A DNA stretch of 64,000 nt from SAR324 cluster bacterium (GCA_028282885.1 JANQGX010000051.1:503-64502), one strand, 5' to 3'. Counted from the first letter of the stretch, positions 18,535 through 28,985 are shown. Numbers and translations: made by a program. Notes: generated by a model not told the origin, from the letters alone.

Positions 18535-21500
18535 ATGAAATCGACAAAGAGTTTTCCTATCAGCAAACTGGCAATTAGCAAACCATCAACCATTTTCCTG
18601 TTTATGGTTCTGCTCGCCGTAGTAGGTTGGGTTTCCTATATGGAACTGCCACGAGAAGCCAGTCCGGACATCACCTGGCCGCATCTTTATGTAACCGTAC
18701 CGTTCCCGGGTGCCACCCCGAATGAAGTTGAAGCACAGATCACCAATAAACTGGAACAGGAGCTTCAAAACGTAGAACATCTGGAAGAGATGAGGTCGCG
18801 ATCAAGCAACGGATTGGTCACTGTCGATTTGAAGTTCGATTTTGACATCGACCTGGATGACGCCAGAATAAAAGTCAGAGAGGCCTTGGACGATGTAAAA
18901 GCGGACCTCCCGGAGGAGGCTGAAGATTGGATAATCCAGGATTTTAACCTATCGGAAATGCCCATTGTCACCATCAACCTCTCATCCAAATTAGGGCTTC
19001 TTCTGCTCAAGGATGTTGCCGAAGATTTGAGAGACAGGATCAAATCCATCCCCGGGATTCTGGAGGTGAATCGTTTTGGGGGATTGGAGAAGGAGGTACA
19101 GATTCGTATCGATCCGGAAAAACTGAGGTTTTACGGACTGGATTTGAACGATGTCACCCAGACCATCCAGGCGGAAAACAGGACCATCCCGGGGGGAACC
19201 ATGAAAGTGGGGCCCAAAGAGCTTTTTATCTATGTGCCCGGTGAGGTTAAAACATTTCACCAGATTACCGATATGATCATTTCGGACGATAATGGAGCCC
19301 AGGTGCGCGTGGGGGATGTTGCCAATGTTCGATTCGCTTTTAAAGAGGTTGAAAGCCGCTCCAGATTCGCCGGGGTGGAATCAGTCTCACTTGAAGTATC
19401 AAAACGTTCGGGAGAAAATCTGCTTGTCATCTCAGACCAGATTAAGGAGATTGTTGCCGAGTTTGAAAACACCTATGAAAACAAAATCACCTTCACCCTG
19501 CTGGATGACAATTCCGAATGGGTGACCAAATTTGTCAGGGATCTGGAAAACAACATATACACGGGAATGCTTTTTGTGTTTCTGGTTCTGTTTTTCTTTT
19601 TGGGTAGACGCAACGCTGTTTTTGTCGGGCTGGCAATTCCGTTTTCCATGCTGATGAGTTTTCTGATCCTCAGCCTGATCGGAATCAGCCTGAACTTTAT
19701 CGTGTTGTTCAGCCTGATCGTCTCTTTGGGTCTGCTGGTAGATAATGCAATCGTAATTGTGGAAAACATCTTCAGGCATGTGCAATCCGGAAAAACGACT
19801 ATTGAGGCTGCCATTGTGGGATCGGGCGAGGTTGCGGCTCCTGTTATTGCTTCTACCCTGACCACATTGCTTGTCTTTTTCCCCATGATCTACATGCCGG
19901 GAATAATGGGGCAGTTTATGAGGTATCTCCCCATCACCCTGATTGTCACCTTGAGCTGTTCACTGGTAGTGGGATTGGTTTTCAATCCTGTGTTCTGTTC
20001 CCGGTTGATGAAAGCCCCCAAGAATATCAAGGTCGTTGATGAAATCGAACTGGTAAAAAAATCAAAGTTCCTGGGTCGTTACAGCAAAGCTTTATCCTGG
20101 GCCATTGATCGCCCTGTTCGCAGTTTGTTTATTATGGCACTTTTCTGGTTTGGTATGATTTTCCTCTATTTCGGTATTGCCAATCCGGATTTTAAAACTG
20201 AATTCTTCCCGAAAGAGGAACCGCGAAACGGTATTATTCGGGTTACATCGCCAGAGGGCACTATACTTCAGATTTCAGACTCCATTGTAAAGGAGGTCGA
20301 AGCGGAGGTTTTGCCATTTGACCAATACACAGATTCCATAGTTTCCAATGTCAAGGCCACCAATAGCAAGATCAACCTGGCATTCCCGGATTGGGAGAAA
20401 TGGAAAGGCTTTCGTCCCTCTGAAAAACTCGAGGAAATTCGTGCCCTGTTAACTCATTTCACCGGTGCAGAAGTTAGATTAGATCAGCGAACCAACGGAC
20501 CGCCCGTGGGAAGGGACATTAATGTAGAGATCAGGGGCGAAAACCTCGATGAACTGCAGAGGGTCGGTGATGAAGTCAAGAATATGATTAAAGATATCAA
20601 AGGGCTGGTTAATCTGGAAACCAGTGCTGACTCCAGTCGATCACAAATCCGTGTGGATATAGACCGCGAGAAAATCGCCAGGCACGGTTTGACGGTAACC
20701 CAGGTATCATCGGTCATCAGAACAGCTTTTAACGGCCAGGATGTTTCAACATATCGAGTGGATCAGGATGAATATGATATAGTGGTGCGGCTGGATGAAA
20801 AATTCCGCAGGTATGATACCGACCTGGGATCCCTGTTCATAACATCCCCGAAAGGACATTCCGTGCCCTTAAGCGAGTTGATTCTCATTCGCAGGGAAAA
20901 AGCGGGCAGTACCATACACCACCTTGATCTGAAACGAATCATTACGGTGGAGGCGGATTCATCCAAAGAACGTTCCGGGGCTGAAGTATTGAAAGACGTA
21001 AAGAAAAGGCTGGAAAATTACGAAACTCCCGATGGGATCACAATTGCCTATTCAGGAGCGGATAAATCACAGAACGAGACCCAGGCATTTCTGGTCAAAA
21101 GCTTTGGCGTTGCCGTATTCCTGATTTTTGTACTGCTGGTCACCCAATTCAATTCATTTGTGTTGCCCTTCATCATCATGGCATCCGTGTTTGCTTCCCT
21201 GGCAGGCGTGTTCCTGGGAATGAGCATTCATGCAACACCCATCAGTGTGTTAATGGGAGGTATCGGGGTGATTTCACTCGCGGGAATTGTGGTTAACAAT
21301 GCCATTGTGTTGATCGACTATATAGGTCAGCTTAGAGATCGTGGTTACTCGGTCCGGGAAGCTGTAGTCCTGGCAGGCATGACCAGATTAAGACCCGTTA
21401 TGCTGACCGCCGTTACCACCATCATTGGTCTGTTGCCGATCACACTGGGAATGGACATAGATTTCTACAGATGGCCAAATGTAGTGCTGTTCGGATCAGA

Positions 21501-21699
21501 AGGCGGGACGTTTTGGAAGCCGATGAACCTTTCCATTATTTACGGATTGTCCGTAGCTACCTTCCTGACCCTCTTTATGGTTCCGGTTCTCTATTCGTTA
21601 ATTCACAACACGAAAACCAAATTGGGGAATTTGAAAAGACGGATTTTTAACAGGGGCAGCAAAAAACAACTGGATCCTGTGACTGTCGAAGTTAATTAA
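18535..21699 (+). CDS. RND efflux transporter permease (AcrB/HAE1-like)
   Basis: 1054 aa with 12 TM helices in two 6-helix bundles and two large periplasmic loops, the conserved AcrB layout. Confidence 0.9.
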   Translation: MKSTKSFPISKLAISKPSTIFLFMVLLAVVGWVSYMELPREASPDITWPHLYVTVPFPGATPNEVEAQITNKLEQELQNVEHLEEMRSRSSNGLVTVDLKFDFDIDLDDARIKVREALDDVKADLPEEAEDWIIQDFNLSEMPIVTINLSSKLGLLLLKDVAEDLRDRIKSIPGILEVNRFGGLEKEVQIRIDPEKLRFYGLDLNDVTQTIQAENRTIPGGTMKVGPKELFIYVPGEVKTFHQITDMIISDDNGAQVRVGDVANVRFAFKEVESRSRFAGVESVSLEVSKRSGENLLVISDQIKEIVAEFENTYENKITFTLLDDNSEWVTKFVRDLENNIYTGMLFVFLVLFFFLGRRNAVFVGLAIPFSMLMSFLILSLIGISLNFIVLFSLIVSLGLLVDNAIVIVENIFRHVQSGKTTIEAAIVGSGEVAAPVIASTLTTLLVFFPMIYMPGIMGQFMRYLPITLIVTLSCSLVVGLVFNPVFCSRLMKAPKNIKVVDEIELVKKSKFLGRYSKALSWAIDRPVRSLFIMALFWFGMIFLYFGIANPDFKTEFFPKEEPRNGIIRVTSPEGTILQISDSIVKEVEAEVLPFDQYTDSIVSNVKATNSKINLAFPDWEKWKGFRPSEKLEEIRALLTHFTGAEVRLDQRTNGPPVGRDINVEIRGENLDELQRVGDEVKNMIKDIKGLVNLETSADSSRSQIRVDIDREKIARHGLTVTQVSSVIRTAFNGQDVSTYRVDQDEYDIVVRLDEKFRRYDTDLGSLFITSPKGHSVPLSELILIRREKAGSTIHHLDLKRIITVEADSSKERSGAEVLKDVKKRLENYETPDGITIAYSGADKSQNETQAFLVKSFGVAVFLIFVLLVTQFNSFVLPFIIMASVFASLAGVFLGMSIHATPISVLMGGIGVISLAGIVVNNAIVLIDYIGQLRDRGYSVREAVVLAGMTRLRPVMLTAVTTIIGLLPITLGMDIDFYRWPNVVLFGSEGGTFWKPMNLSIIYGLSVATFLTLFMVPVLYSLIHNTKTKLGNLKRRIFNRGSKKQLDPVTVEVN

Positions 21700-21701
21700 C
21701 C

Positions 21702-23051
21702 TCAAACAGTCCTTAACGGACTCTTGCCTATTCCCGGCCAGATCCTGATAAAACCGGCAATGGTTCTGGCCAGAATCCACAATACCGTCACATACCAGAT
21801 CCTTTCCAGGGTTATTGAGCCTGATTGTTCGAGCAGAAAGATACCAAGAAGTCCGATTGAAGTCGCCACAATCATACTGTTTCTCAGATAACCAAAGTCC
21901 CCTGTTCCCCAGTGCACTCCGTCCGTTGCAAAAGCAATGGCGCTGATCGGTTGGGACCATGCCGAGATAAACCAGGCAATGGAAAAGATCACTGCAGCTT
22001 CGGCAGGAACCAGCAGTTTCAGAAATAAGGCCTCCCCGGCCAGCATAACAACAGTAAGAAGACAACCGGTCAGGACGGTCCATATACAGATAACACGGGC
22101 GACTTTTCTCGACTCAGATATCTTATCCTGTCCCATGAAATAAGCGATAAGGCTTTGGGCAGTCACCGAGAAAGCATCCAGGAAAAGAGCGGTAAACGTC
22201 CAGAATTGCCGAATAGCCTGATGTGCCGCCCCGGCCTCGGCACTGATTTTAGTTGCAGAACGTGTGGAAACGAGTAAAAAGAACAACAGCAGCCCTGTTC
22301 TCACAAAAAGATCACCCCCTATTTTGAACAGACGCTTGATATCGGACAATCTCAGTTTTTCAGGTCTTTTTAGTTTTCTCAATATAATGAAAACAACGAT
22401 GATTGCCCCAAGCCATTGACTTAAGACCGTAGCCAGCGCAGCCCCTGCGATTCCCAATCTTGGAAAAGGTCCCAGGCCAAAAATCAAAACTGCATCCAGA
22501 ACAATGTTGGTCACATTGATAAACACCGCAATCCAAAGCGGAACTCTCATGTTTTGCATTCCCCTGAGGATGCCAAATGCGGCTAGGGTCATTAAAATGG
22601 CAGGTGCCCCTATTAACCTTATTTTTGTGTATTCCAATGATTGGGTGTAGATATCAGCTTTGGCACCCATGACTGAGATAATAGCAGGCGACCAAAGCCA
22701 AAGAGCAATTATCAGCAGACATCCCAGGATAAATCCCAGTAATAGCGCCAGATATCCTGTTTCTGATGCCCTTTCAGTTTCATTCTTCCCAAGGGATTGT
22801 CCTACCTCGGTTTGTATTCCGATCCCAAGAAAAGCGAAAACCCAGAACGTGCTGGACAGCACTATGGTACCAACTCCCAGTGCAGCTAATGATATGGACC
22901 CCAAGCGGGCAATAAACGCAGTATCAACCAGACCGGTAACAGGTTCGGCTATCATTGAAAGCAGAACCGGGAAGCTGAGCAAGAGGAAGGTTTTGTTAGG
23001 CTGCGATTCAAAAGGATGCCGATCACCGGAAGCAACTGACTCTGTTGTCAT
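21702..23051 (-). CDS. MATE-family efflux transporter
   Basis: 12 TM helices. N-terminal region and internal repeat are typical of MATE (NorM/DinF-like). Convergent with the RND gene with a 2-nt gap. Confidence 0.8.
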   Translation of the reverse strand: MTTESVASGDRHPFESQPNKTFLLLSFPVLLSMIAEPVTGLVDTAFIARLGSISLAALGVGTIVLSSTFWVFAFLGIGIQTEVGQSLGKNETERASETGYLALLLGFILGCLLIIALWLWSPAIISVMGAKADIYTQSLEYTKIRLIGAPAILMTLAAFGILRGMQNMRVPLWIAVFINVTNIVLDAVLIFGLGPFPRLGIAGAALATVLSQWLGAIIVVFIILRKLKRPEKLRLSDIKRLFKIGGDLFVRTGLLLFFLLVSTRSATKISAEAGAAHQAIRQFWTFTALFLDAFSVTAQSLIAYFMGQDKISESRKVARVICIWTVLTGCLLTVVMLAGEALFLKLLVPAEAAVIFSIAWFISAWSQPISAIAFATDGVHWGTGDFGYLRNSMIVATSIGLLGIFLLEQSGSITLERIWYVTVLWILARTIAGFIRIWPGIGKSPLRTV

Positions 23052-23403
23052 GACATTGAGGTGTGATGGACTATCTTATGGGTTCTCAGCAGGTGGTCAA
23101 TCAGGAACAGTTTATAGCTGATTTAACGGCATTCCTGGTGTTCCTTCTAATGAATTGTCACCGTTTAATTTAAAGGTAAAGCGCAAAAATAAACATGACA
23201 CAAGACAGCTATCCGGGTCTCCTGCCAAAATCCAAGCAAGTGAGTGGTTACTCGCTATTGGAACTGCAAGTATGTACGATGATTTGACCTAACGAATTGC
23301 TTGTTATTTTTTCATTTTTGGTTAAACTGTCTTGAAATGACGACTTAGAAACCGCCAATGTTTTAACACCTGATCCAGCGTGACAACCTGACTTCGAGCC
23401 CAG

Positions 23404-25296
23404 ATGGGAGTTCCTTTAAACGTTCTTACACAGTCTCAAAGATATTGGTACGCCCAAATGGTAGTGGCCGCTATCCTGGCTGACGAAGAAATCACCCAAC
23501 CAGAAACCGATTTTATCAAACAGATCCTGCCGATTGTCAAAAAAACTGACGAGAGACAGGAACTGGTCAATCGTATCGCCTCCAAGTCACCTCCCGGTAT
23601 CTTCAGACCCCCTGGAGTCCCACCCAAAGTGTTAGCCGCTGTTTTCATTGAACTGGCACTGGTTATGATTTCAGATATTGAGTTTACCGACAAAGAGAGG
23701 ACTTTTCTGGAAGAAGTCGCCCGGGTATTCCGTTTTACCAAGGAGTATTACCTTGAACTACTCGCCTGGTGCGAGGAAGGTCTGGATTGGAAAAATCGAC
23801 AGCTTGAGTTTGTATCAGCCACAGGAAGCACTGATCTGCTGAAAGTCCCTGTTTCCAAATTGAACCCCCTTCAACAAAGGTGGTACGCGGAGACTCTCAT
23901 CGCCAGCATCATGAGTGACCAGCAATTGGATCAGGCAGAAGTGCGCTTTCTCAAGATGGCTATCAATCTGATCAAAGATGAGGGTCACCGCAAAGAAGTG
24001 ACCAATATGGTGAGAAGAAACAGGACGCCCTCCATCACCAAACCCCCCAGCATTCCTAAGAATTACCTTGTGCGGATTTTTATTGAGGTAATGTTGATTA
24101 TGTCAGCCGATGAGAGCCTGGCCAAAAATGAACATGATTTCCTGAGCCAATTGACAGTAGCCTGTGATTTCTCTGAAAACTTGCACAACCGACTGATTGG
24201 CTGGTGCCTCCAGGGAATGAAATGGAAACAGGCAAAAAATCCACTGATTGATCGCTGCCAGATCGAAACCGGTAAACAATCGAAATATACCGTTATTAAG
24301 GGTGAGGAAGAGGAGGAAGGAGGAGACTATCAGTACAGGGAAGGTGATGATGAACAGTCGGAACAGCCGGAAAACAATCCCGGAACAGAAGGCGTGCAAG
24401 AGGTAGAGGAGCAGGAAAACGAACATGTAGAAACTGACAATGGCATCGAAATCGAGCCTCTACCGGAAATTGAAGACAATCCGGATAATAATTCCATCAC
24501 GGATTTCAACATGGATTGTTTTGTTTGCGACACCCGGCTAAGTGTTAAGTATTTCCAGCTCAAGGAGAAGAGTCAGGATCCCCGGCACAACATATTTGGA
24601 ATTCCAATTTACCAGATAGCGGCAGAAGGATTCGATCCTATTGATTACAATCTGTGCAAGGTTGCCGTTTGCCACTCCTGTTTTTTCGCCAGCCCCCAAA
24701 GGGAGCTGTTTCGCTTGAAAAGCTCCGATGAACAACCACCAGCGCTGAGTTCCAGGGATTTTCGAGAGCAATGGATCGGACTAAAAGAGGAGAACGGCTC
24801 TTTTCTAAAAAAATATATTGGCGAGTTGTCTACCATTAAACGATCCCTGCCGGCTGTGGTGAAAAGTTTCCAAATGGCTATCAAGGCCTCCTCCATGCTG
24901 GCGAATTCCAATCAGAGTCACGAGTTACATTGGCACACCATTACTCTCCGTTTGACCCTGGCCGAAGTCATGATGCAACATAAGGCAGTTGAGGAAGCGC
25001 AGAAAATACTAAAACAGATTCAGAAGCGATCCAAGGATTTGTTCAAAACGGTCAAAAACCCTTTTATCACCTTTCGCAGTGGTCGGCTGATACTGCTAAT
25101 CGCTGTCTATTTCGGTGATCTGGAAACTGCCAATAAGTATTATGAGTTCTTTGAAAAATACAGGGAAAAGCGGTTTGAGAAACTCCCGAAAAATGATCAG
25201 CAGCTTTTTCAGCGTATTTATGGTGAGATCAAACGGATCATGGGTCAGCCCGACATCTATTCCAAGGAAACCCTGAACGGGTTTCTTCCCGTCTGA
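23404..25296 (+). CDS. Hypothetical protein with tandem TerB-like domains, an acidic linker and a C-terminal zinc-ribbon/helical domain (possibly DUF2225-like)
   Basis: Two homologous segments of about 130 aa: QRYWYAQMVVAAILADEEITQPETDFIKQILP... and QQRWYAETLIASIMSDQQLDQAEVRFLKMAINL.... An acidic Glu/Asp-rich run (EEEEEGGDY...EVEEQENEH). Cys4 site CFVCDTRL...CKVAVCHSC. Confidence 0.65.
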   Translation: MGVPLNVLTQSQRYWYAQMVVAAILADEEITQPETDFIKQILPIVKKTDERQELVNRIASKSPPGIFRPPGVPPKVLAAVFIELALVMISDIEFTDKERTFLEEVARVFRFTKEYYLELLAWCEEGLDWKNRQLEFVSATGSTDLLKVPVSKLNPLQQRWYAETLIASIMSDQQLDQAEVRFLKMAINLIKDEGHRKEVTNMVRRNRTPSITKPPSIPKNYLVRIFIEVMLIMSADESLAKNEHDFLSQLTVACDFSENLHNRLIGWCLQGMKWKQAKNPLIDRCQIETGKQSKYTVIKGEEEEEGGDYQYREGDDEQSEQPENNPGTEGVQEVEEQENEHVETDNGIEIEPLPEIEDNPDNNSITDFNMDCFVCDTRLSVKYFQLKEKSQDPRHNIFGIPIYQIAAEGFDPIDYNLCKVAVCHSCFFASPQRELFRLKSSDEQPPALSSRDFREQWIGLKEENGSFLKKYIGELSTIKRSLPAVVKSFQMAIKASSMLANSNQSHELHWHTITLRLTLAEVMMQHKAVEEAQKILKQIQKRSKDLFKTVKNPFITFRSGRLILLIAVYFGDLETANKYYEFFEKYREKRFEKLPKNDQQLFQRIYGEIKRIMGQPDIYSKETLNGFLPV

Positions 25297-25308
25297 ATTG
25301 CGGTGATA

Positions 25309-25342
25309 TGTCAGCAGGCGATGAGTTACCTGCTGACAGCAT
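25309..25342. terminator. Bidirectional intrinsic terminator hairpin between convergent genes
   Basis: Perfect 10-bp stem TGTCAGCAGG / CCTGCTGACA with a 10-nt loop. Extended imperfect pairing GATATG/CATATC. Confidence 0.55.
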
Positions 25343-25351
25343 ATCGAACGC

Positions 25352-26917
25352 TTATTTCATAATTTTGATTCTTCCTTCCAGTTCCGGAGCTACAGAAGAT
25401 TTCATGGCAACATACTCCTTGAATGCATCTGCATCGACAAATCCCGTATCTTCCTTGGAGAGCGGTTTTAACATTTTATAGCCATCACCACCGGCAGCTA
25501 CAAAGTTGTTGGTTACCACTTTGTAGGTTTTGCCTTTGCTGATCGGTGCATTACCAATCTTCACGTTCACTGCTTTGCTATTCTTGATAGTGAAACTCAG
25601 TCCGGAAACCTGCATAAAAGCGCCGCTTCCAACCTTGGTAGCTGAGAAATCCAACACTTCCTGAATCTGGGCCCCGGTCATATCAATAAGAACCAGGGTG
25701 TTGCCGAAAGGCTGAACAGAGAGGATATCCCTATAGGTGATGTTACCGGGGGCGATTCCGGCCCTGATGCCACCGCCATTTTGAAAAGCGATCTCGGCAC
25801 CTGTTTTGGCTTTCATAGCATCGGTGATCAGGTTCCCCAGGTTGGTTTCCTGACCGCGGCTTTCACTTTTGGCACCAGCCAAAGCAACTGTTGTTTTGCC
25901 AACGGGTTTGGACAGCAACTCATCTGCTTTGCTCATAAAAGGATCCATCGCCTTCAGTATATCTTTATCTTCGACATAACCAACTCCAACGTACTTGTAA
26001 TACTTCTTACCATTGAATTTTACACGTTTTTTCATATTGACGGGAAGCAGGGCAAACTTGTGATCAATGCTTCCGCTGGCTGTATCGATGGTCAGATCGA
26101 GGCGCCCCATATGCTCGGAGTAACCACCTGCCTGAACAATGACTGTTTTTCCAACAACAACGGCATCATCCAGTTCCGTATGGGTATGCCCACCAACAAT
26201 AACATCCAGAGCGGGAACAGCTTTAGCCAGAGCAATATCCCCCTTCTTGTCATTGTCCTTGTAATATCCAAGATGCGTAAGAGCCACGACCAGATCCGCT
26301 TTCTTCTTCAACATGGGAACCAGTTTTCGGGCAACAGCGATTGGATCTTTGAACTCCAAATCCTTTGTGTTTTCCGGGAGTGTCAGAATGGGTGTTGATG
26401 AAGTGGTCAACCCGAGAATTGCCACCTTCAGACCATTGAACTCCTTGATAACATAGGGTTCAACCAATGTTTTGTCTGTTCCTTTCAGATAGATATTGGC
26501 TGAAATAAACGGGAACTTGGCCCAACTCATCTGCTTCTCTAAAACCTCGCGGCTGTTGTCAAATTCATGATTCCCAAGAGCCATCGCGTCGTAACCGATC
26601 ATATTCATGGCAACTATATCCGGTTGACAGTCCTGCATATCCGATTCGGGAATTCCGGTATTGATATCACCACCTGATAAAACCAATACACTGCCACCGC
26701 CTTTTTTTGCTTCCGCACGGACGATGTTGACCAATGTCGATTGTGCCGCAAGCCCACCAACATCTTTAACCGGGTAGGGATCGAATTTCATGAAATGACC
26801 ATGGTGGTCATTGGAATGAAGAATGGTCAATTGATGTGTTTTTGCTGTCAATCCGAAGGGAACCATCAGAAACAGTGTGATAAAAACACTGAAAAGTATT
26901 TTGTAGCCTTTTTTCAT
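25352..26917 (-). CDS. Bifunctional metallophosphatase / 5'-nucleotidase (UshA-like), secreted
   Basis: Calcineurin-like motifs LTILHSNDHHGH and GNHEFD. C-terminal 5'-nucleotidase domain. Signal peptide after MKKGYKILFSVFITLFLMV. AAGGAG ribosome-binding site upstream of the ATG at 26917. Confidence 0.85.
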   Translation of the reverse strand: MKKGYKILFSVFITLFLMVPFGLTAKTHQLTILHSNDHHGHFMKFDPYPVKDVGGLAAQSTLVNIVRAEAKKGGGSVLVLSGGDINTGIPESDMQDCQPDIVAMNMIGYDAMALGNHEFDNSREVLEKQMSWAKFPFISANIYLKGTDKTLVEPYVIKEFNGLKVAILGLTTSSTPILTLPENTKDLEFKDPIAVARKLVPMLKKKADLVVALTHLGYYKDNDKKGDIALAKAVPALDVIVGGHTHTELDDAVVVGKTVIVQAGGYSEHMGRLDLTIDTASGSIDHKFALLPVNMKKRVKFNGKKYYKYVGVGYVEDKDILKAMDPFMSKADELLSKPVGKTTVALAGAKSESRGQETNLGNLITDAMKAKTGAEIAFQNGGGIRAGIAPGNITYRDILSVQPFGNTLVLIDMTGAQIQEVLDFSATKVGSGAFMQVSGLSFTIKNSKAVNVKIGNAPISKGKTYKVVTNNFVAAGGDGYKMLKPLSKEDTGFVDADAFKEYVAMKSSVAPELEGRIKIMK

Positions 26918-27469
26918 CCTTTCTCCTTTACGAAAAATTATTTGAAAATGCACTCTTTTCTCACGACACAGTATAAGATGTCGTTGACTAAAAAAACCGA
27001 ACGGGAAACCATTGGATTTCCGATCTGACAATCGTTTCTTTAAATGAAAACCAGGAAGAAATAGTATCAAACCTATTCTTGTTTTTTAAGTCAAATCAAC
27101 AAGATTTATATTTGATTTCCATTAAAAAATCCTGAATAACCTGATTGCTGTGATCAAATATTTTTTAATAGATGCGAAATGATTTAATTTGGCGATGGTA
27201 CCGCTTCCCTTCACGGGTTTTCAATGACAGAATAAAAGACAAGTCTTCTGCTTCCCTTGGTCGTTTACGTTACAATGGGCAAAAAGAACAGTAACTACCA
27301 GAACTCTGTAAAGGATTTTGACATACACAATTCACTCAGCTAGTTTTTTTCATCCCTCAATGGCATCACCCAAACAGGCTCGACTTAATCAAAGATCACC
27401 TGTTGTGAGGATCCGAATAAACTTGCAATCAACAATTAAAGGATCATATCCATCGCTTCATCTGTTACC

Positions 27470-27853
27470 ATGAAACTTATTCGTCCTTTGGACTGTCTGA
27501 TCATATTAATTGTCCTGGTTATCGGCATAGCTGCCGTCTTTCTGTTTAGGGGAACAACCGGCGCAAAAGCTGAGGTTTATGTCAACAAGCGAAAAACTGC
27601 CGTTTTTTCCTTATCGGGACCTGAAAGCATCAAAGAGATCGATACACAAATCGGAAAAATTCGTTTGGAAATCGGTAATGGCAGTATTCGTGTATTGCAA
27701 TCACCATGTAACCAAAGAATCTGTATCCTCCAGGGAGCCATTCATCACACTCATGAGAATATCATCTGTCTTCCTGCCAGGATGGTGATTTCAATTACCG
27801 GCCCTGAAGATGCAGATAATCCGTATAACCAGATCGATGCCATTTCTCATTGA
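27470..27853 (+). CDS. NusG domain II-containing small membrane-anchored protein
   Basis: N-terminal TM helix, then a beta-rich domain with CNQRIC and HHTHE motifs, similar to NusG_II proteins that pair with Gx transporters. Assignment from memory, moderate. Confidence 0.5.
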   Translation: MKLIRPLDCLIILIVLVIGIAAVFLFRGTTGAKAEVYVNKRKTAVFSLSGPESIKEIDTQIGKIRLEIGNGSIRVLQSPCNQRICILQGAIHHTHENIICLPARMVISITGPEDADNPYNQIDAISH

Positions 27854-28955
27854 TAAATTAAAAAACAAGGCACCAGGGGCGGAGACACTGGCAATCTGTC
27901 TTGTCTTAACCTGCAGTTTGCAGATTATGGAGAATCTTCTCCCCAAGATCCCAATTTTTCCCTGGCTGAGAATTGGACTGGCATACTGGGTATTTTTACC
28001 GTTTCTGATCCGTTTCGGAGTATTCCCCACCTTGATACTGTTTCTGCTCAGGAATCTGATCACACTGCTTTACGGCGGTCAGATTTTCAGCTCCTTTCTC
28101 ATCAGCAGCAGTTCCGGAATCTTCTCTTTTGTCTTGGCTGGAAGCCTGTTGAGATTTTTATATACCAGGGAAAAAATAGGTCTGGTTGGCTTGAGTATAT
28201 TACTGGCTTGTACCTTCAATGTGGTTCAACTCGGGATCGTCAATATTATGTTGGTGCAACACGCCGATTTCTACTTTCAGCTTTCCCCGATTCTTATCTG
28301 GTCTTTGGTCTCCGGTTGCCTTACAGCTTTTTTGGTTTTCAAAAGCCGGGAAACACTTGATCTTTTGCTCTCTTTGAAACTGAATCTGAAAAATGGTGGT
28401 CTGTTGCTGCAGGATAAACCGTCGGGAGTTCGAAGCTATTTCCTGTTATTCCTGGCAGTATCAATATTCATATCCCTTTTTTTATTCGAGCAATTCACCT
28501 TCCAGGTAGTTCTCATTCCCATACTGTTATTGGTGAACCGGTTTAAGAACCTGAAGATCCTTCTTTTTGCCTGGCCGTTTTATTTCTACATTGCGATCCT
28601 TCACCTTTTCAGGTCTGAAGGAGTTTATATTCTCGGTGAATGGATAACCAGGGAAGGACTGGATGCCTTTCTGTTCTACACCGCCAGGACTACCAATGTC
28701 ATTCTTTGCGGACAGTGGATAGCGAGGTTTCTACCGTCCCTCGTTAACACCTTCACGGAAAACAGGTATCTCAAGGGATTTTTACTTGCCATGCCGATCC
28801 TGCCAGCGCTGTTTGGAATCAGCATATCCTTGGGTAATGAGTTGTTTGACAAGCTGAAGAAACGTCGGTTTTCCGATCTGCTGGATCCGATTATTGAAAA
28901 ACTGCTGGGAGAACTCAGGAAGTTGGAGAATCCCGGTCCGAACAAACTGAATTAG
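27837..28955 (+). CDS. Gx-transporter family membrane protein (heptaprenyl diphosphate synthase component I-like) with a C-terminal polytopic extension, possibly EcfT/CbiQ-like
   Basis: ENLLPKIPIFPWLRIGLAYW matches the conserved E..P.P..K.GLA motif of Hpre_diP_synt_I. At 381 aa it is about twice the usual length. It overlaps the preceding gene. Confidence 0.5.
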   Translation: MPFLIDKLKNKAPGAETLAICLVLTCSLQIMENLLPKIPIFPWLRIGLAYWVFLPFLIRFGVFPTLILFLLRNLITLLYGGQIFSSFLISSSSGIFSFVLAGSLLRFLYTREKIGLVGLSILLACTFNVVQLGIVNIMLVQHADFYFQLSPILIWSLVSGCLTAFLVFKSRETLDLLLSLKLNLKNGGLLLQDKPSGVRSYFLLFLAVSIFISLFLFEQFTFQVVLIPILLLVNRFKNLKILLFAWPFYFYIAILHLFRSEGVYILGEWITREGLDAFLFYTARTTNVILCGQWIARFLPSLVNTFTENRYLKGFLLAMPILPALFGISISLGNELFDKLKKRRFSDLLDPIIEKLLGELRKLENPGPNKLN

Positions 28956-28985
28956 GTGAGTTTAATCGACCCGGGATGAGGTGTA

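Noticed and set aside
19432-19886. Minus-strand ORFs (117 and 137 aa) inside the RND pump gene
   Set aside because: Antisense to a strongly supported 1054-aa AcrB-like ORF. The composition is an artefact of the sense strand's membrane-protein codons.
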